A stretch of DNA of 58,212 nucleotides, the filler included, from Stramenopiles sp. TOSAG23-6 (Eukaryota), in assembly GCA_900128565.1 (NCBI GenBank). It is 8 parts of 8 records of this genome, joined end to end, with 100 filler letters (N's around TTAATTAATTAA, not from the genome) between each part and the next. Parts side by side here need not be neighbours in the genome. Positions count along the whole stretch, not along the records: positions 1 to 7,208 come from LT636593.1; positions 7,309 to 14,511 come from LT636594.1; 6 more parts are not named here. One strand, given 5' to 3'. Shown here piece after piece: positions 1-12,000 of the stretch. The translations under genes were made by a program, and so were the position numbers. Below the pieces are notes generated by a model. It worked only from the letters and a program-made list of their open reading frames with translations, searched no databases and was not told the origin of the DNA. Each line of letters starts with the position of its first letter. Position 1 is the first letter of the stretch.

Positions 1-8
1 TGACTACT

Positions 9-3000
9 ATGACTACTATGACTACTACTTCTTCTAGTAGTGTTGCTGCTGCTTCTAGTAGTAGAAGTTCTTCAACTGCCTCTCATGATATTGCTGCTTC
101 TAGTAGTAGTAGTTCTTCAACTGCCTCTCATGATATTGCTGCTTCTAGTAGTAGTAGTTCTTCAGCTTCTAGTAGTAGTAGTTCTAGTATTGCTAATGCT
201 AGTGTTGCTAATGCTAGTGGTGGTGGTGGTGGTGCAAGTGTGTCTACTACGACTAAAAAAAAGACTGAATCAAGTGAAGAGGAAGAAGAAGATCTTTGGC
301 AAGGAATATATATCTGTAATGGAAGAAAAAAGCTTTATCAAATCGCGAGAGAAGTAGGAGTCTCATATAAAGATTTAATTAAACACAATCAAGGTTTGAA
401 TTTACAAAGAAGTTCAGGAATGAAGCTGAGAACTCGTCTTTGGATTCCTAAAGACAAAGAAAAGAGTAAGAAAAAGTCAATCGGAATGAGTCAAGCGCAA
501 GAAGACGAAATCAAAANACAAATTTCGGAAATTGAAGNGAATAAAAAATTACAAATTCAACGTGAAGAGGAACAGACAAATNCAATGAAGGCAGATTTTT
601 CTCGACAACGTTCANTGATNTACCAAAAGCATNCAGAAAAAATTAAAAAACATGAAACGGGTGCAACAAATTATTTTTCAAGTCAATTCACAAATGAAAA
701 ACAAAAACTTTCATNGGNTCACAGACGCGAGGTTGAACAATTTGAAAAAACAAAGAAAGAATTACTACAAAACATACGATCTTCTTTGGATGCGGCATAT
801 AAAAAATGTTTGAGTGAAAAAANAACATTACAATCACAATTTGAGAAANAAAAGAAGACATTGGNAGAGAGTCATCAAAAAGACGTACTGAAAAAGAAGG
901 AACATCATTCTGCTATTGTTATGGAACTAGTACAAAAAANGCATGATCTTGAAACACAAATTATTAACGCCAAGTCCAAAGTGGTAGAAGATACAGAAAA
1001 GATTCAAAAACTTATGGCAGCAAAGAAAGNTCTCGATGAGAAATATGAAGTTGATAAGAATGCAATNGTACAATCAATCAAAGACAGTGAAGGTAAATAT
1101 ATCGCTGATGTAAAAGCATTGGAAGGANAACTTTCTAAAGTCAAGGNAGAGATTCAAGAATGTTTGAACAAAAAACAAATCAGTGAAGAACAATTAAAAA
1201 GTGAANAGCAAAGTATCGATCAACAACGTTCTGAATTAACTTCTAAACATNAAAANGAAATGGNTCAACAGTCTGAGGAACATCAGAGNATAATATCAAA
1301 AGGAGTTNAAAAATCTAAAGATGNGTTGCTTAANGATCATAAGCTTGAACTGAAAAAATTTNATGAAAACGTANAAAGAGAAATTTCTAAATTACAAAAC
1401 TCATTTCAACAATTTGATGAATCAAAATTAAACAGACTGAAACAACAATTACAACAACAATTAAAAAAAAAACTAGAAAAAGAAAAACGTAAAAGTCGTA
1501 AAAGAAGAAAAGATACTAGTAAACCAACTAGTACTGATTTGCGTCGGAATGTCCGTAGAGCAGTTCGTGGTTCTAATAAACAACAAAACCCCCCTTCCAA
1601 AGAAACCCGAATTGGTACAGAATACCAAGCCCGAATTGGTACAGAATACCAAGCGCAAGTTCCTCCTCTAGGTCATCCAACCCCAATGGAAGAGTCTGAA
1701 ACTTCCGTTGAATTCAGGCAAAACATTTCAAAAAGGATTCAAGATATTGAAATCCGTGCAAAACAAATGAAAGATCAATGGTTACCTTTGAGTGCAACTG
1801 AAAAAAAAGCAAAACAAAGGCGAGACCGAAGGCGACATGCNGCACATTTAAAAAAAGAATACGGAAGAAAGCAAATAAACCAAATTGAAATGATTAAAAA
1901 TCTTAAAAGAAAACGAGAACTAAGTACATCAAAAAAGAGAGCAAACGATAAAAGATCGAAAAAACAAAAAAAGAAAAAAGGACAAAATACGCCGTCTTCT
2001 GTACCACCTGTTGCACCTCGTAGAACTGCTCAATCTGTACCACCTGTGGCACCTCGTAGAACTGCTCAATCTAGTACACAGTATGTACACAATACTTCTG
2101 GATCATTTCATTTAAATGCAAAAGTATTTGCAAATTTCAAAGGTCAAGGAATATTTTTTCCAGGAAAAATTGTTAAAATTCATTCTGATGGAACATTTGA
2201 TATTCGATATGATGATCGTGATTTTGAATCTAATGTACATGAAACAAACATACAGTACCAGCTTCAAGAAGGTTCAAAAGTATTTGCATATTATCAAGGG
2301 GAAAGTATAATTTATCCTGCGCAAATTAAGAAAGTACTTCGTAATAATTCATATACTATTATTTATGACGATGATGGAATACAAGAATCTTTACCCGCAC
2401 ACTTGATGTATGTTTTATTTTTTTTCAATTTTTTGTCTACATTGCTTTTTCATACGAAATTTTGTATCTAACGATTGTTTTTTGAAATATTTTTCATAAT
2501 ACATACGCATTGGTAAATGCATTAAAGATATTGACGAAGAATCATTTGATTTTGTATTTGCTGAAACGCAAGGTAAATTTTCTATTGGTTCAATATCAAA
2601 GGCTCAGAAGACTGGCAGAGATTTTTTATATGATATTAAATATGATAAAGATGAAATTGAAGACGAACAAAACGTTCTGTCAAATAAGATACGTATTCCT
2701 GTACCTATATCATCACTTCGATATCAAGATATTCATCTATATCCTGATATAAAAGTAATGACAGCAACATCTACTACATTGAGTGAAGAGGGAAGATCTG
2801 CAAGCCATCATTCTCCAAATGGAGGTGGAAAAGGTGGAGGTAGAGGTGGAAAAGGTGGAGGTAGAGGTGGAAAAGGTAAAGGAAGAAGTAGAGGTAGAGG
2901 TAGAGGCATCCAAGGTAGTGTATACCATGGGTATCCTCAACAATCAGCATCATCAACAACACAATTACATCCATTACCAACCTTGGAAGAGTTTCACAGT

Positions 3001-3798
3001 GCAAGAGCAGAACTGCTTCGTCTTCAAGAAACACCNCNATTTAAAACGAAAGTCAAAGTTGTGAAAATACACAACAAACGAAATTCTTTNGGTCTTCGTG
3101 CAACTAAACAAATTANGAAAGGTGAAACAATTGCTTTTTATAATGTGAAATTATTTGATACTAAAGATTCTAAAGATTTACATCCTGAATTGAAGAGTTT
3201 TAATGTTGACCCTCATGATGATGTGTTGGATCCATCGATGTCTTCCATTGATTTAGAAGGANTAATGTATGTCCAAGATATCACAAAATCGGGAAATGCA
3301 TGGAACAAAAACATTTCGTATTCTGGAGCTTTNGCCAATGAACCCAATCCTCACGAGGTACCAAATGCTGAATTGTTTTATGGCCATCATCAACGAAAGA
3401 AAAAACGATTGAGAAAACATGGTATTTTACGATATGAACTTCATGCATCACGAGATATTAAAATTGGTGAAGAAGTGTTGTGGTGTTATAAAGGTAATTA
3501 TCAGAGAGATTACGAGACTCCATGCAGTGGATTTATTTCACCAGCAGCCCGAGATATTGATGAAACAATGTATACATTGGAAGACAGAAAAGCACTCGTT
3601 GGTTATCAAGTCACATCTCCCGCAGGTGCTTTAGTTCATCAATATAATCNTGGTAAAGAAGGATTGGGTTTAGACACTTGGATCATTCGAAATCCAGTGG
3701 ATAAAAGAGAAAATGTTCTTCAGTTGAAGCAATTACTTTCTGTATTAAAACATGATGAAAANAGCCAAGCAAAGTTTGAATCTGCAAAAATACATTAA
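9..3798 (+). CDS. LysM / coiled-coil / ELM2-like / 3x Tudor-like / RGG / SET-domain protein, join(9..2407,2505..3798), about 1230 aa; 5' end may be truncated
   Basis: LysM-like LYQIAREVGVSYKDLIKHNQGL; ELM2-like TRIGTEYQAQVPP; Tudor-like FFPGKIVKIHSDGTFDIRYDDRDFESNV; SET motifs GLRATKQI.KGETIAFY, ANEP, ASRDIKIGEEVLWCY...Y. Removing 2408..2504 joins ORF 9..2471 to the frame of ORF 2758..3798 through an open stretch encoding a third Tudor-like repeat. Confidence 0.8.
2408..2504 (+). other. Non-canonical GT-AT intron (97 nt, phase 2)
   Basis: TTG AT|GTATGT...CATACGAAATTTTGTATCTAAC...TTTTCATAATACAT|A CGC gives PAHL-I-RIGK in frame. Confidence 0.85.
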
Positions 3799-4434
3799 AA
3801 TTGTGTTTGAATAATGATTAGAACACATCTGACAAAACAAATTGAGTAATGAAAAACATGGATGAACAAATGAACAAATGAACAAATGAACAAAATAATA
3901 TGAGCATTCATGAATCATTATTACATGAACTTTTTTAAATTAAAGAACATTTTAATTACTGTTATTTTATACAACGTAAAAAACAATAATAAATTTATTA
4001 CTGATTTTGATCATTTGCACTATTACAATATTTCAAATACAATCGACAGAAAATAGACAAACCATAGCTTAATTTATTCTGAAAATGTAGAATGTCANTT
4101 AGCTCTTGATTAATTTGCACGCGTTTCGAGATAACTACAACTATTGATGAGGTAGAGAGTAAAATATATGAAAATTTGTATTAAAGTCTGCAGGTTTGTG
4201 CCGTTTATTATTTTTTTNGANGNAAAGAATCGAGAANGACANCATGNANCTGTTAAAAAAAAATACAGCCTACTACTACAGGTACCATACGTACAAAGTA
4301 GGTATATATAGGGTATTACCACACGACACAAACCTTTTAATTTCTTGGATTNAAGGATATATTGGAAAGAAAGCACACAGTTGTATATTGTAATGTAATA
4401 GCAGATACATAGTATTTATAAAAGTAAAGTAGAA

Positions 4435-5199
4435 ATGTCTCGAAAACATCGTTCTTTGCATCAAAATTCTAGAAAAAAAATACCAATTGCAGTTGAGTAT
4501 GAAACTTCAACAACTGTTCGACAAAAAAAGACGGACACTATTTTACATTCAGTAGATAGCGTAAGCCAACGTGAAGAATTTAGTCCTTNTGATTATCATT
4601 ACGGTTGGAAAGTTGCAATCGTTGGGTCATCTGGTGTAGGGAAGAATACANTATTATCTTCAAAAGTATCAACACGTGAAGAGAAGCATTCAGGATCACC
4701 GTATATAAAGCAGCAGATATACAAAGTGCTAAATATATCATATCAAGTACAATACTGGTGTTGTCCTGGTTCTCGTCATAGTTTATCGATTCTTCCNGCT
4801 AACTTAGTCGGAGCTGCAGCTTATATCATTGTCTTTGATGTGACACGTCGTAGTACGTTTTTAGATGTCGNAAAATGGTTAGAGTACATATCAAACATAA
4901 ACTCTACTTTGACTACGCAAGTTATTCTTGTTGGGAATAAGATCGATTTGTATACATCACGTATTGTAACAACAAAAGAGGCGAAAACATTTGCTGATTC
5001 AAAAGGTATTTCTTATATTGAAACGTACACCTTGGAATCCGACGATACTACAAATACTGCAGAGGTTTTCAGAATGTTATTGTATAAAGTTGTTGCCCAA
5101 TTTCCATCACACCCTAGACCAGAAAATTTACTTGGTTTGAATATTCGTATGGGTTCATTAGCNCTTTTAGATATCGAAGCAAAAGAACGTACTACATAA
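4435..5199 (+). CDS. Divergent Rab/Ras-like small GTPase
   Basis: KVAIVGSSGVGK, IIVFDVTRRSTF, ILVGNKID, EAKTFA..GISYIET; G3 motif degenerate. Confidence 0.85.
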   Translation: MSRKHRSLHQNSRKKIPIAVEYETSTTVRQKKTDTILHSVDSVSQREEFSPXDYHYGWKVAIVGSSGVGKNTXLSSKVSTREEKHSGSPYIKQQIYKVLNISYQVQYWCCPGSRHSLSILXANLVGAAAYIIVFDVTRRSTFLDVXKWLEYISNINSTLTTQVILVGNKIDLYTSRIVTTKEAKTFADSKGISYIETYTLESDDTTNTAEVFRMLLYKVVAQFPSHPRPENLLGLNIRMGSLXLLDIEAKERTT

Positions 5200-5289
5200 A
5201 TTATAGAGTATTTTTAGCATACAATTATTTTTTGAATCATAATAAATTGTTACAGTCCNTTTATTATTATANACTTTATACAAATACCA

Positions 5290-7005
5290 TTATACTCTTA
5301 CTTTCCATACTTTACCTTGAGTCAAACCATAGTTAGAGTCACCTACAGATTTTGGTAGATCANATGAATCCAATTCTTCGAGCCAATCATGAGGATTAAG
5401 AAATTGTCTTTGTGGGTCTCCGACTATAACNAGTGGCTTACCAGGTAACTGTGCTATTTTNGTCAGGAANGATCTCACTAAGAAGGAAAGATTTTCTTCA
5501 TATGCAACATCACCTGCAAGAACGACACCGCCTGTAGTCATCTTTTGTTCAGTCATTGTGTTTATTATACCTAAAGCAGAGAATAAATTATCATTTTTGT
5601 TGTCTTTTTTTACATTTTGTTTTTGTAAAAAATTATACTTTGTTAATGAGAATGATGGACTTAATACCTTAATTTTTGATGTATCATTTTTGTCTGCATT
5701 ACATTGTACATTATCAGATTCATAATTTGTACTATTCATAAATATGTTACAATTTGAATCAACATCAAAATTTGAATCAAAATTCAATTTGTAATTTGAT
5801 TCTATAGCAAGTATACTATANGGATCTATATCATTACATAATACATGTCGCGCACCACATTGATGAGCACATAAACCTGCTATTCCACAACCAGCNGCAA
5901 AATCTAAAACNAANTGATTTTTGAACATTTGTGGATTTTTTTTTATATATTGAGCAATAGCAAATGAACCTGGCCAAACAAAGCCCCAATATGGATCAGA
6001 AAAAGGTAAATGATCAATATTTGTTGCAGTATATAAAGGAGTATTTGGTGTAATAAGATGAAGTTTCAGATTACAAATAGAAGTGACTTCAGTATTTTCA
6101 GTGATTATTTCATATCTTTTGTTGAATGCTTTGATAGTTTCAATATTTGTTTGTTTTTTTATAGTTGGATTTTGTTTTNCTTGCTTATTATCAGAATAGA
6201 CACTACTCAAAGAGCTCAATGAACGATGATGATCCAGATGATATTTTGATGTTTTACAACTGATATTTGTTGTACTTGACTGTAGTGTTGGTTTCAATAC
6301 TGAAGATATTTGTACATGTAAAACTGTACCAGAAATAGAAATTTTAGATTGTATACATTTTTTCTCACTTAATTGTGTAGTGATGTGTCCCGCTTGAGTA
6401 TCATCACAACAAAGCATCAAACAATCACCTCTCTCAAGATCAGTAGTCTGCCCTTTATAGTTATTTTTAATTTGCACTTGTNCGGCAAGAGCGAAAAGAA
6501 TATTTATTTTAGATTTATTTGGTTCAACTGTAAAGACACAACTTTCAAGTTTTTGCACAGTGGCAGAGCCATATTCTNGATGAACCATACAATTCAAAAC
6601 ACGACTTGATTGACCTATTGTACTCGTTGTGTTGTCGTCACCAGAAAAGTAAAAAGGTNGACCCAATTTCAACTNAGTATATGTTTCTGATTCACCGATA
6701 GCAGANAGTGACACTTCACCACCAGTAAGAAGAGTAATTATACGCTCATAACCTGGAAGACTACTAAATGGAACCCCTGGAGGTTCTAATGACGCAATCG
6801 ATATTCGCCAATCAAAATTATTATGAGCTTCTGTAGAAAGACTATTTCTATACACAGCAACTTCATGAGTTGTTCCGAGACCATTCTTCCAAGGTTTTTT
6901 AATAAAGTCTTTCTGCCTCAAAATATATCCTTTGTGAAAACGTGATGAAAAATAACGTGAGCGCATATAAATAGAATTTATGATATTTACATTATAATGT
7001 TGCAT
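5290..7005 (-). CDS. HutD/Ves-like cupin fused to an ETFB-lysine-methyltransferase (METTL20)-like class I methyltransferase
   Basis: N-terminal PWKNGLGTTHEVA, FDWRISIA, FSSLPGYERIITLL (HutD); C-terminal PYWGFVWPGS, VLDFxAGCGI, LAGDVAYE, VIVGDPQR. Confidence 0.8.
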   Translation of the reverse strand: MQHYNVNIINSIYMRSRYFSSRFHKGYILRQKDFIKKPWKNGLGTTHEVAVYRNSLSTEAHNNFDWRISIASLEPPGVPFSSLPGYERIITLLTGGEVSXSAIGESETYTXLKLGXPFYFSGDDNTTSTIGQSSRVLNCMVHXEYGSATVQKLESCVFTVEPNKSKINILFALAXQVQIKNNYKGQTTDLERGDCLMLCCDDTQAGHITTQLSEKKCIQSKISISGTVLHVQISSVLKPTLQSSTTNISCKTSKYHLDHHRSLSSLSSVYSDNKQXKQNPTIKKQTNIETIKAFNKRYEIITENTEVTSICNLKLHLITPNTPLYTATNIDHLPFSDPYWGFVWPGSFAIAQYIKKNPQMFKNXXVLDFXAGCGIAGLCAHQCGARHVLCNDIDXYSILAIESNYKLNFDSNFDVDSNCNIFMNSTNYESDNVQCNADKNDTSKIKVLSPSFSLTKYNFLQKQNVKKDNKNDNLFSALGIINTMTEQKMTTGGVVLAGDVAYEENLSFLVRXFLXKIAQLPGKPXVIVGDPQRQFLNPHDWLEELDSXDLPKSVGDSNYGLTQGKVWKVRV

Positions 7006-7154
7006 GTCTAAAAAGACACTAAAGTTTCTTCTTTTTTCTAAAATTATACTCTTTGTAAAAGTTGAAGTCGACTGTCAAAAAGAAATATATATTAAATTGC
7101 TACCATGATACCCGGTACACAATAAAGGTTCCGAAAAAAATAATTATTTGGTAA

Positions 7155-7208
7155 CGCCCACCGTGGGACTCGAACCCACGACCACCAGATTAAAAGTCTG
7201 GCGCTCTG
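7155..7208 (-). tRNA. tRNA-Lys(UUU), 5' part cut off by contig end
   Basis: Reverse strand reads CCAGA-CTTTTAA-TCTGG anticodon arm, GTGGG-TTCGAGT-CCCAC T arm and GGTGGGCG 3' acceptor strand, followed by a T run (7134-7140) that could be a Pol III terminator. Confidence 0.92.
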
Positions 7209-7308
7209 NNNNNNNNNNNNNNNNNNNNNNNNNNNNNNNNNNNNNNNNNNNNTTAATTAATTAANNNNNNNNNNNNNNNNNNNNNNNNNNNNNNNNNNNN
7301 NNNNNNNN
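7209..7308. other. Artificial contig spacer (N-TTAATTAATTAA-N)
   Basis: 100-nt all-frame-stop linker repeated identically seven times. Confidence 0.97.
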
Positions 7309-7363
7309 AGGTACGAAATTTCGTATGAAAAAAAAATAAATTAGAAATTCATATAAAACATAC
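7309..7363 (-). other. Family intron, 5' half (contig breaks in the branch-point motif)
   Basis: CTA CAA|GTATGT...TTTTCATACGAAATTTCGTACCT then contig end. Confidence 0.75.
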
Positions 7364-8639
7364 TTGTAGTAGGCATAAAAACAATATACCTACAAGCCTA
7401 CAGTATTGCCAAATATTGACATTCAATGTAGCATGAGTAGTATGTACAAAAATTTCATTAAATACATCATATCCAAGAGGTTTCCAAAAACTTAAAGTGA
7501 ATAAAAACGGCCCAATTAAACAAATATGAGTGATATATTTTGATAATTTTGAATTTGTCGATATTTGAATTCGTTTTTCTTCACTTTGACAAATAGTTGA
7601 AGGTATCAATATTGAAACGTAAGTCCTGGCAAAACGAAATGCAAAGAGAACAGTTACAAAAGACCACATTGAACATAGTAGAGAGACTGTAATAATGTAT
7701 TTTGCAAAAATATTTCAAAAACAATTTATTAGGTACAAAATTTCGTACGAAAACAAAATTCTAATTTGAAAAAAAATAAAACATACATGACATGCCATTT
7801 CAACGTTTCAGTATCGCTCAAATTTTCATGAGTTTTACTTTGTACCATGTATTGTGAAAAAAATGAGAAATTCGAAATTGGTGAAAAAATAGTACGTACG
7901 AAATTTTCTATGAAAAAAAAAATGTAGATAAAACATTTTGTAGGAAAAAAACCTACATTGATGAATTATTCAGAAAGCCATTTATCGCATATAAACTATT
8001 ATGTATATGTCTAGATAGGTCACTGGCGACGTAAAGCAAATTAAATTCGAGAAGATTCGCTGGGGCCACAGCAGATGCAAAAGAAAAGATAAAACCAAAA
8101 CATCCTGCAAAACTACACAAATAAAGGTTTCCTCTCTTTCCACTAAAAATAGGCAAAGAAAGTCTAAGGATAAGATATACACAGTAAACGATGAGAAAGA
8201 ATACAATGAGTATGAATGATTTGCCGTCCCCCTTAATAGTAAAAACATTGTGCAAAATACCGGAAAATAAGGCACACAATAACGTGACAGGGACAAGGTC
8301 AAATAGCAACTGATATTCATCTGAAAAAAATAGTCCATCGACTGTATTGGCATAAATACCTTTACGTTTGTCAAATTTGTAAAGATAGCTTGAATTTTCA
8401 CGAAGCAATTCCGCAACTCTGACAGGCAGTATGCTTTCTATTAGACGTTGCTTTTCGCCAATCGCTTTTTCTCTCTTGTGCACTGGTGGTAACATTTTCT
8501 CTAACTGAGCAGCTGATGGTGGCAAATAAAAACGTAATCCTTGTAAAAGCCAACTGGATAAAGAGAACACTGAAGAGACTTTTTGAAAAATCACCATTGT
8601 AACCGCGAATATAATTAATTCAGGAGGAAATAATGCCAT
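7364..8639 (-). CDS. TMEM161: TMEM161-family membrane protein, 3' partial; exons 8639..7957, 7846..7787, 7694..7364
   Basis: N-terminus MALFPPELIIFAVTMVIFQKVSSVFSLSSWLLQGLRFYLPPS and FFSDEYQLLFD resemble TMEM161; two GT-AT introns join three open exons. Confidence 0.75.
7695..7786 (-). other. Non-canonical GT-AT intron (92 nt, phase 2)
   Basis: GTC AT|GTATGT...TTTTCGTACGAAATTTTGTACCTAAT...GCAAAATACAT|T ATT ACA, in frame with ORF 7349..7669. Confidence 0.85.
7847..7956 (-). other. Non-canonical GT-AT intron (110 nt, phase 2)
   Basis: TCA AT|GTAGGT...CATAGAAAATTTCGTACGTAC...TTCACAATACAT|G GTA CAA, followed by an open 60-nt exon. Confidence 0.8.
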
Positions 8640-9028
8640 TGCATTAAGTATGTCAAAACGTTTAAATAATGCCTAAGTTTTGCAAAGATGAAAACTATCT
8701 TAGGTAGTCCAGGATTCAATCCCAATCCCAAAGTGTCGTCGCTTCTGTCAACGCATTTGATTTTTCGTTTTTTTTTTTTTAGTTTGAGCCAGTCACGAAA
8801 TCTGAAAATATAAAGCAGTGAAATAGGAACTAATGCAATGCAATGCGCCATGCATAGAAAATGTTCTTCATACGATAATACGACGTGCTATGATTTATTA
8901 CACACGAAAATTTAATCAATCGTAGAATAAATCTTCTAATAAGGCGTGACTTAATTTATGACCACAATTGGATGTCCCTTATCAATTATAACTAATATAT
9001 TTTAATACTTTTATATTAAAGAAAATAC

Positions 9029-12000
9029 TTATCCAAATCTATTGAGGGTTTCTGTAATATGAAATGGTGCATATAATGCCATCTCATCTTCTTCGCTAAT
9101 GTCATCACCACTGTCTTCTACAAGCACCGTCTTAGTAAATGCTTTCTTTGCTACTTCAGGAGTCATAGCTAACCTTGCAAGACTTGATACCTGTGATTCT
9201 TCTGATGGCATATTGGGGTGCTTTCGTATTGGTGAATCTATGCCAAGTTTTGGAGAATCAAGGTCGGATGTAGTGCGAGCCCTTGTTGATCGAGCACGGC
9301 AAAGCGCTGGGTACATTTGTAAAACAGCAGCATTAAATTGATTTAATACTTCTGTCTCATTTGCAAATTCGCCCGCACCATCTACACGAAAAGCACGTCT
9401 TATTTGTGGGGGCAACTCGTTTTGTTGTTTATTCCATACTTTAGAGAAAATGACAAACGCATCAGGATCATCCATAATCTGAGGAAATAGCTTCAACGTA
9501 GGATGGGATACGACTGGGTTGCCACCTGCGGCACCTAGTTGTTGAGCATCTGCGAGGACTGAATACGTGAGTTTCCGGTAAAGAAGAATACTAGGTAAAT
9601 ATTGAAGTGGTGCAAGAATCGTGTGTGGCAAATATTGTGAGTGTGCTTGAACCGTCCGTGAAAGTCGTTGAAATGGTGTAACTCGGAATCTAAAAAAGGT
9701 AGATTCTTTCTTCTTGGATGCACCAATTGCTCGTTTACCTGCCCGCCATCCATTCCGTCTAGACAAAATATCATCAGATGTTATTTCCACAGGAGCATGC
9801 AAAGTTCCACCCATACACTTTAATTTGAATTCTTTCTTATTTTCAAGTGCATTTAAATCTGATAATTTTACACGGCACCATCCACAGCTCATATCAAGTA
9901 TTCTTTGTTCTCCTTCACTGTCAGTTGTATCCATTTGTGCAGTTAGTTCAAAGATTATCCACATATGATCCCATGGAGATGAAGATTCAGCCATGTGGGG
10001 ACTTCTTGTCAATGGGGCGTCTGTTCTAAGTAGAAAAGAATTTTCACATCTAGAAGATCTAGTATTGAAAGACCAAATATCTTCTGTAACAGATCGCCAG
10101 TTGCATTCAACAATGTGCTGATTTCCGACATATTCTGCTGAACCAGTTTCACTGGCTTTAATATCTGCCCAAAGGCAACAACGTACCGTTCTTCTACGAA
10201 TCTTGTCTCTTCCTTCGTCATCTTCTGGCACAGGAACTCCTTTGGCATCAAGTAATTCAAAATGAACATTGACAAATTGATTACGCTCTAACTTTCGAGA
10301 CCATTGAATTGTTCTCTGTGGTAAACGTATTCCATGTGTACTATCACTCGGTGTATTGATTCGTGTTGTGTCTACACCACTTACATCTGCACTTTTACCG
10401 ACATCCGTAATATCTTCGAAATGTGTTCCGCATTCACGAGAAAATTTGGGCTCCAACATTACTGATAGCTTATGTTTTGGAAGGTTATCCAAATTTGTGA
10501 GCAAAGATCTTCGATAGGTCGATGGTAACCCTGATAAAGATTGAAGATATTGCAATGGATCTGGTAATGCACCTCTAGCAATCTTGCGAAAGGCGTTTTT
10601 ACGGAGTGTTGTGGCGAGACCACCATCATCTTCGCTATCTTCATCTTTGCCATCTCGAATGTATGTAAATATCCTACAAAAATCAAAGAAAGATATTTCA
10701 TTTTTCTTGTTTGGGTCAATGAATTTCATTACTGCTTTGGTCTCTCCATCACTCATATCAATTTTGAGATGTTTGCACATAAGATAAGTGACTTGAGACC
10801 TTGTCAATATACCATGTTTGTGTATATCAAAATCTACAAATGCTTGACGAAAAGATTCATATGTAGCTGGTTTCACTGATGTTTGTTCGTCCATCTCATT
10901 TCTAATGAATTGAAAAAATTCATCAAATTCAATACTACCACTTTTGTTTGAATCAAGAGAAGCGATAATTACTTTTATCTCATCCTCTGTTGGATCGCGA
11001 CCCAATGCTCGCAAGCAATGACCCAGCTCGTCGACGTCTAATGTTTTGCTGCCGTCCGCGTCAAGAAAATCAAAAGCTTTTCTACTTTCTATCAATAATC
11101 TTTTTGTGTATTCTTCCTCCATTTTGTTCAACTTCTTTGCAATATGTTTTGGTAGTTTACGTCGAGACGTTTTTTTCCCGTAAGCGCCACCTCCAGCTTT
11201 TCGAGTGTTTTTTATTTTTTGTGCTGTAACTTGAGCGGAGCGGATACTCTCCATCATCTCTACATAGTTTAGCTTGCCATTAGCTTCCTTGCTATATCTT
11301 TCTGTCAGCCCAAATAATTCACCAGAATTAAGAGGGATACCCCGTTGGGTAAAAACTTTTCTAAATGCTTCACGCGAAATCAAACCGGCACCTTTCGAAT
11401 CATACTCCTTGAAAAGCATTTCAAATGCACAATTTGACAGTCTCTCATAAACTACAATAATCGATAATAATTTTCTTTCGGTTCTATCAGTATCTGTATT
11501 TGGCTCGACAAATGCAACAAACTCAGAGAACTCTATACAGCCATCTCCATCGCGGTCAAACTTTGTAATTATCAATTTCTCCTCCGAAGGCAATAATTTG
11601 ACAAATTTTAATTTACGCAAAGAATCAGAAAATTCTTCGGGGGTCATTCGACCAGTACCATCTGTGTTAAATTCGTCAAACAAAGCACGAAGATCAAGTT
11701 TTTTGCCTTTTCCAAATCTTTTATTCATTTGCTTTGAATTATATTTCTTGAGTTCTAATCTAAGTCTATCAGCAACAACGTGAAGTTCTTCGTCATCCAA
11801 GTCTGAAGATGCAAATGCAACAAACTCATTATAGTCAACCGTGCCGGAACCATCGAAATCGAAACAATCAAGAAGTAATTCAGTTTCTTCATCGTCAATA
11901 TTCAAACGTAATCTACTAGTGATGCACTTTCGGAAATTCTTTCGAGAAACAAAACCCATTCCATCTATATCAAACTCTGCGAAGGCTGAAGCAAATGCAT

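Noticed and set aside
2406-2502. Reading the introns as U12-type AT-AC (AT GTATGT...AATAC)
   Set aside because: It works only where the exon happens to end in AT. It fails at 22369, 22851, 26588, 21057, 45067 and 56793, there is no ATATCCT donor or TCCTTAAC branch site, and the AG-ending sibling at 46109 fixes the register.
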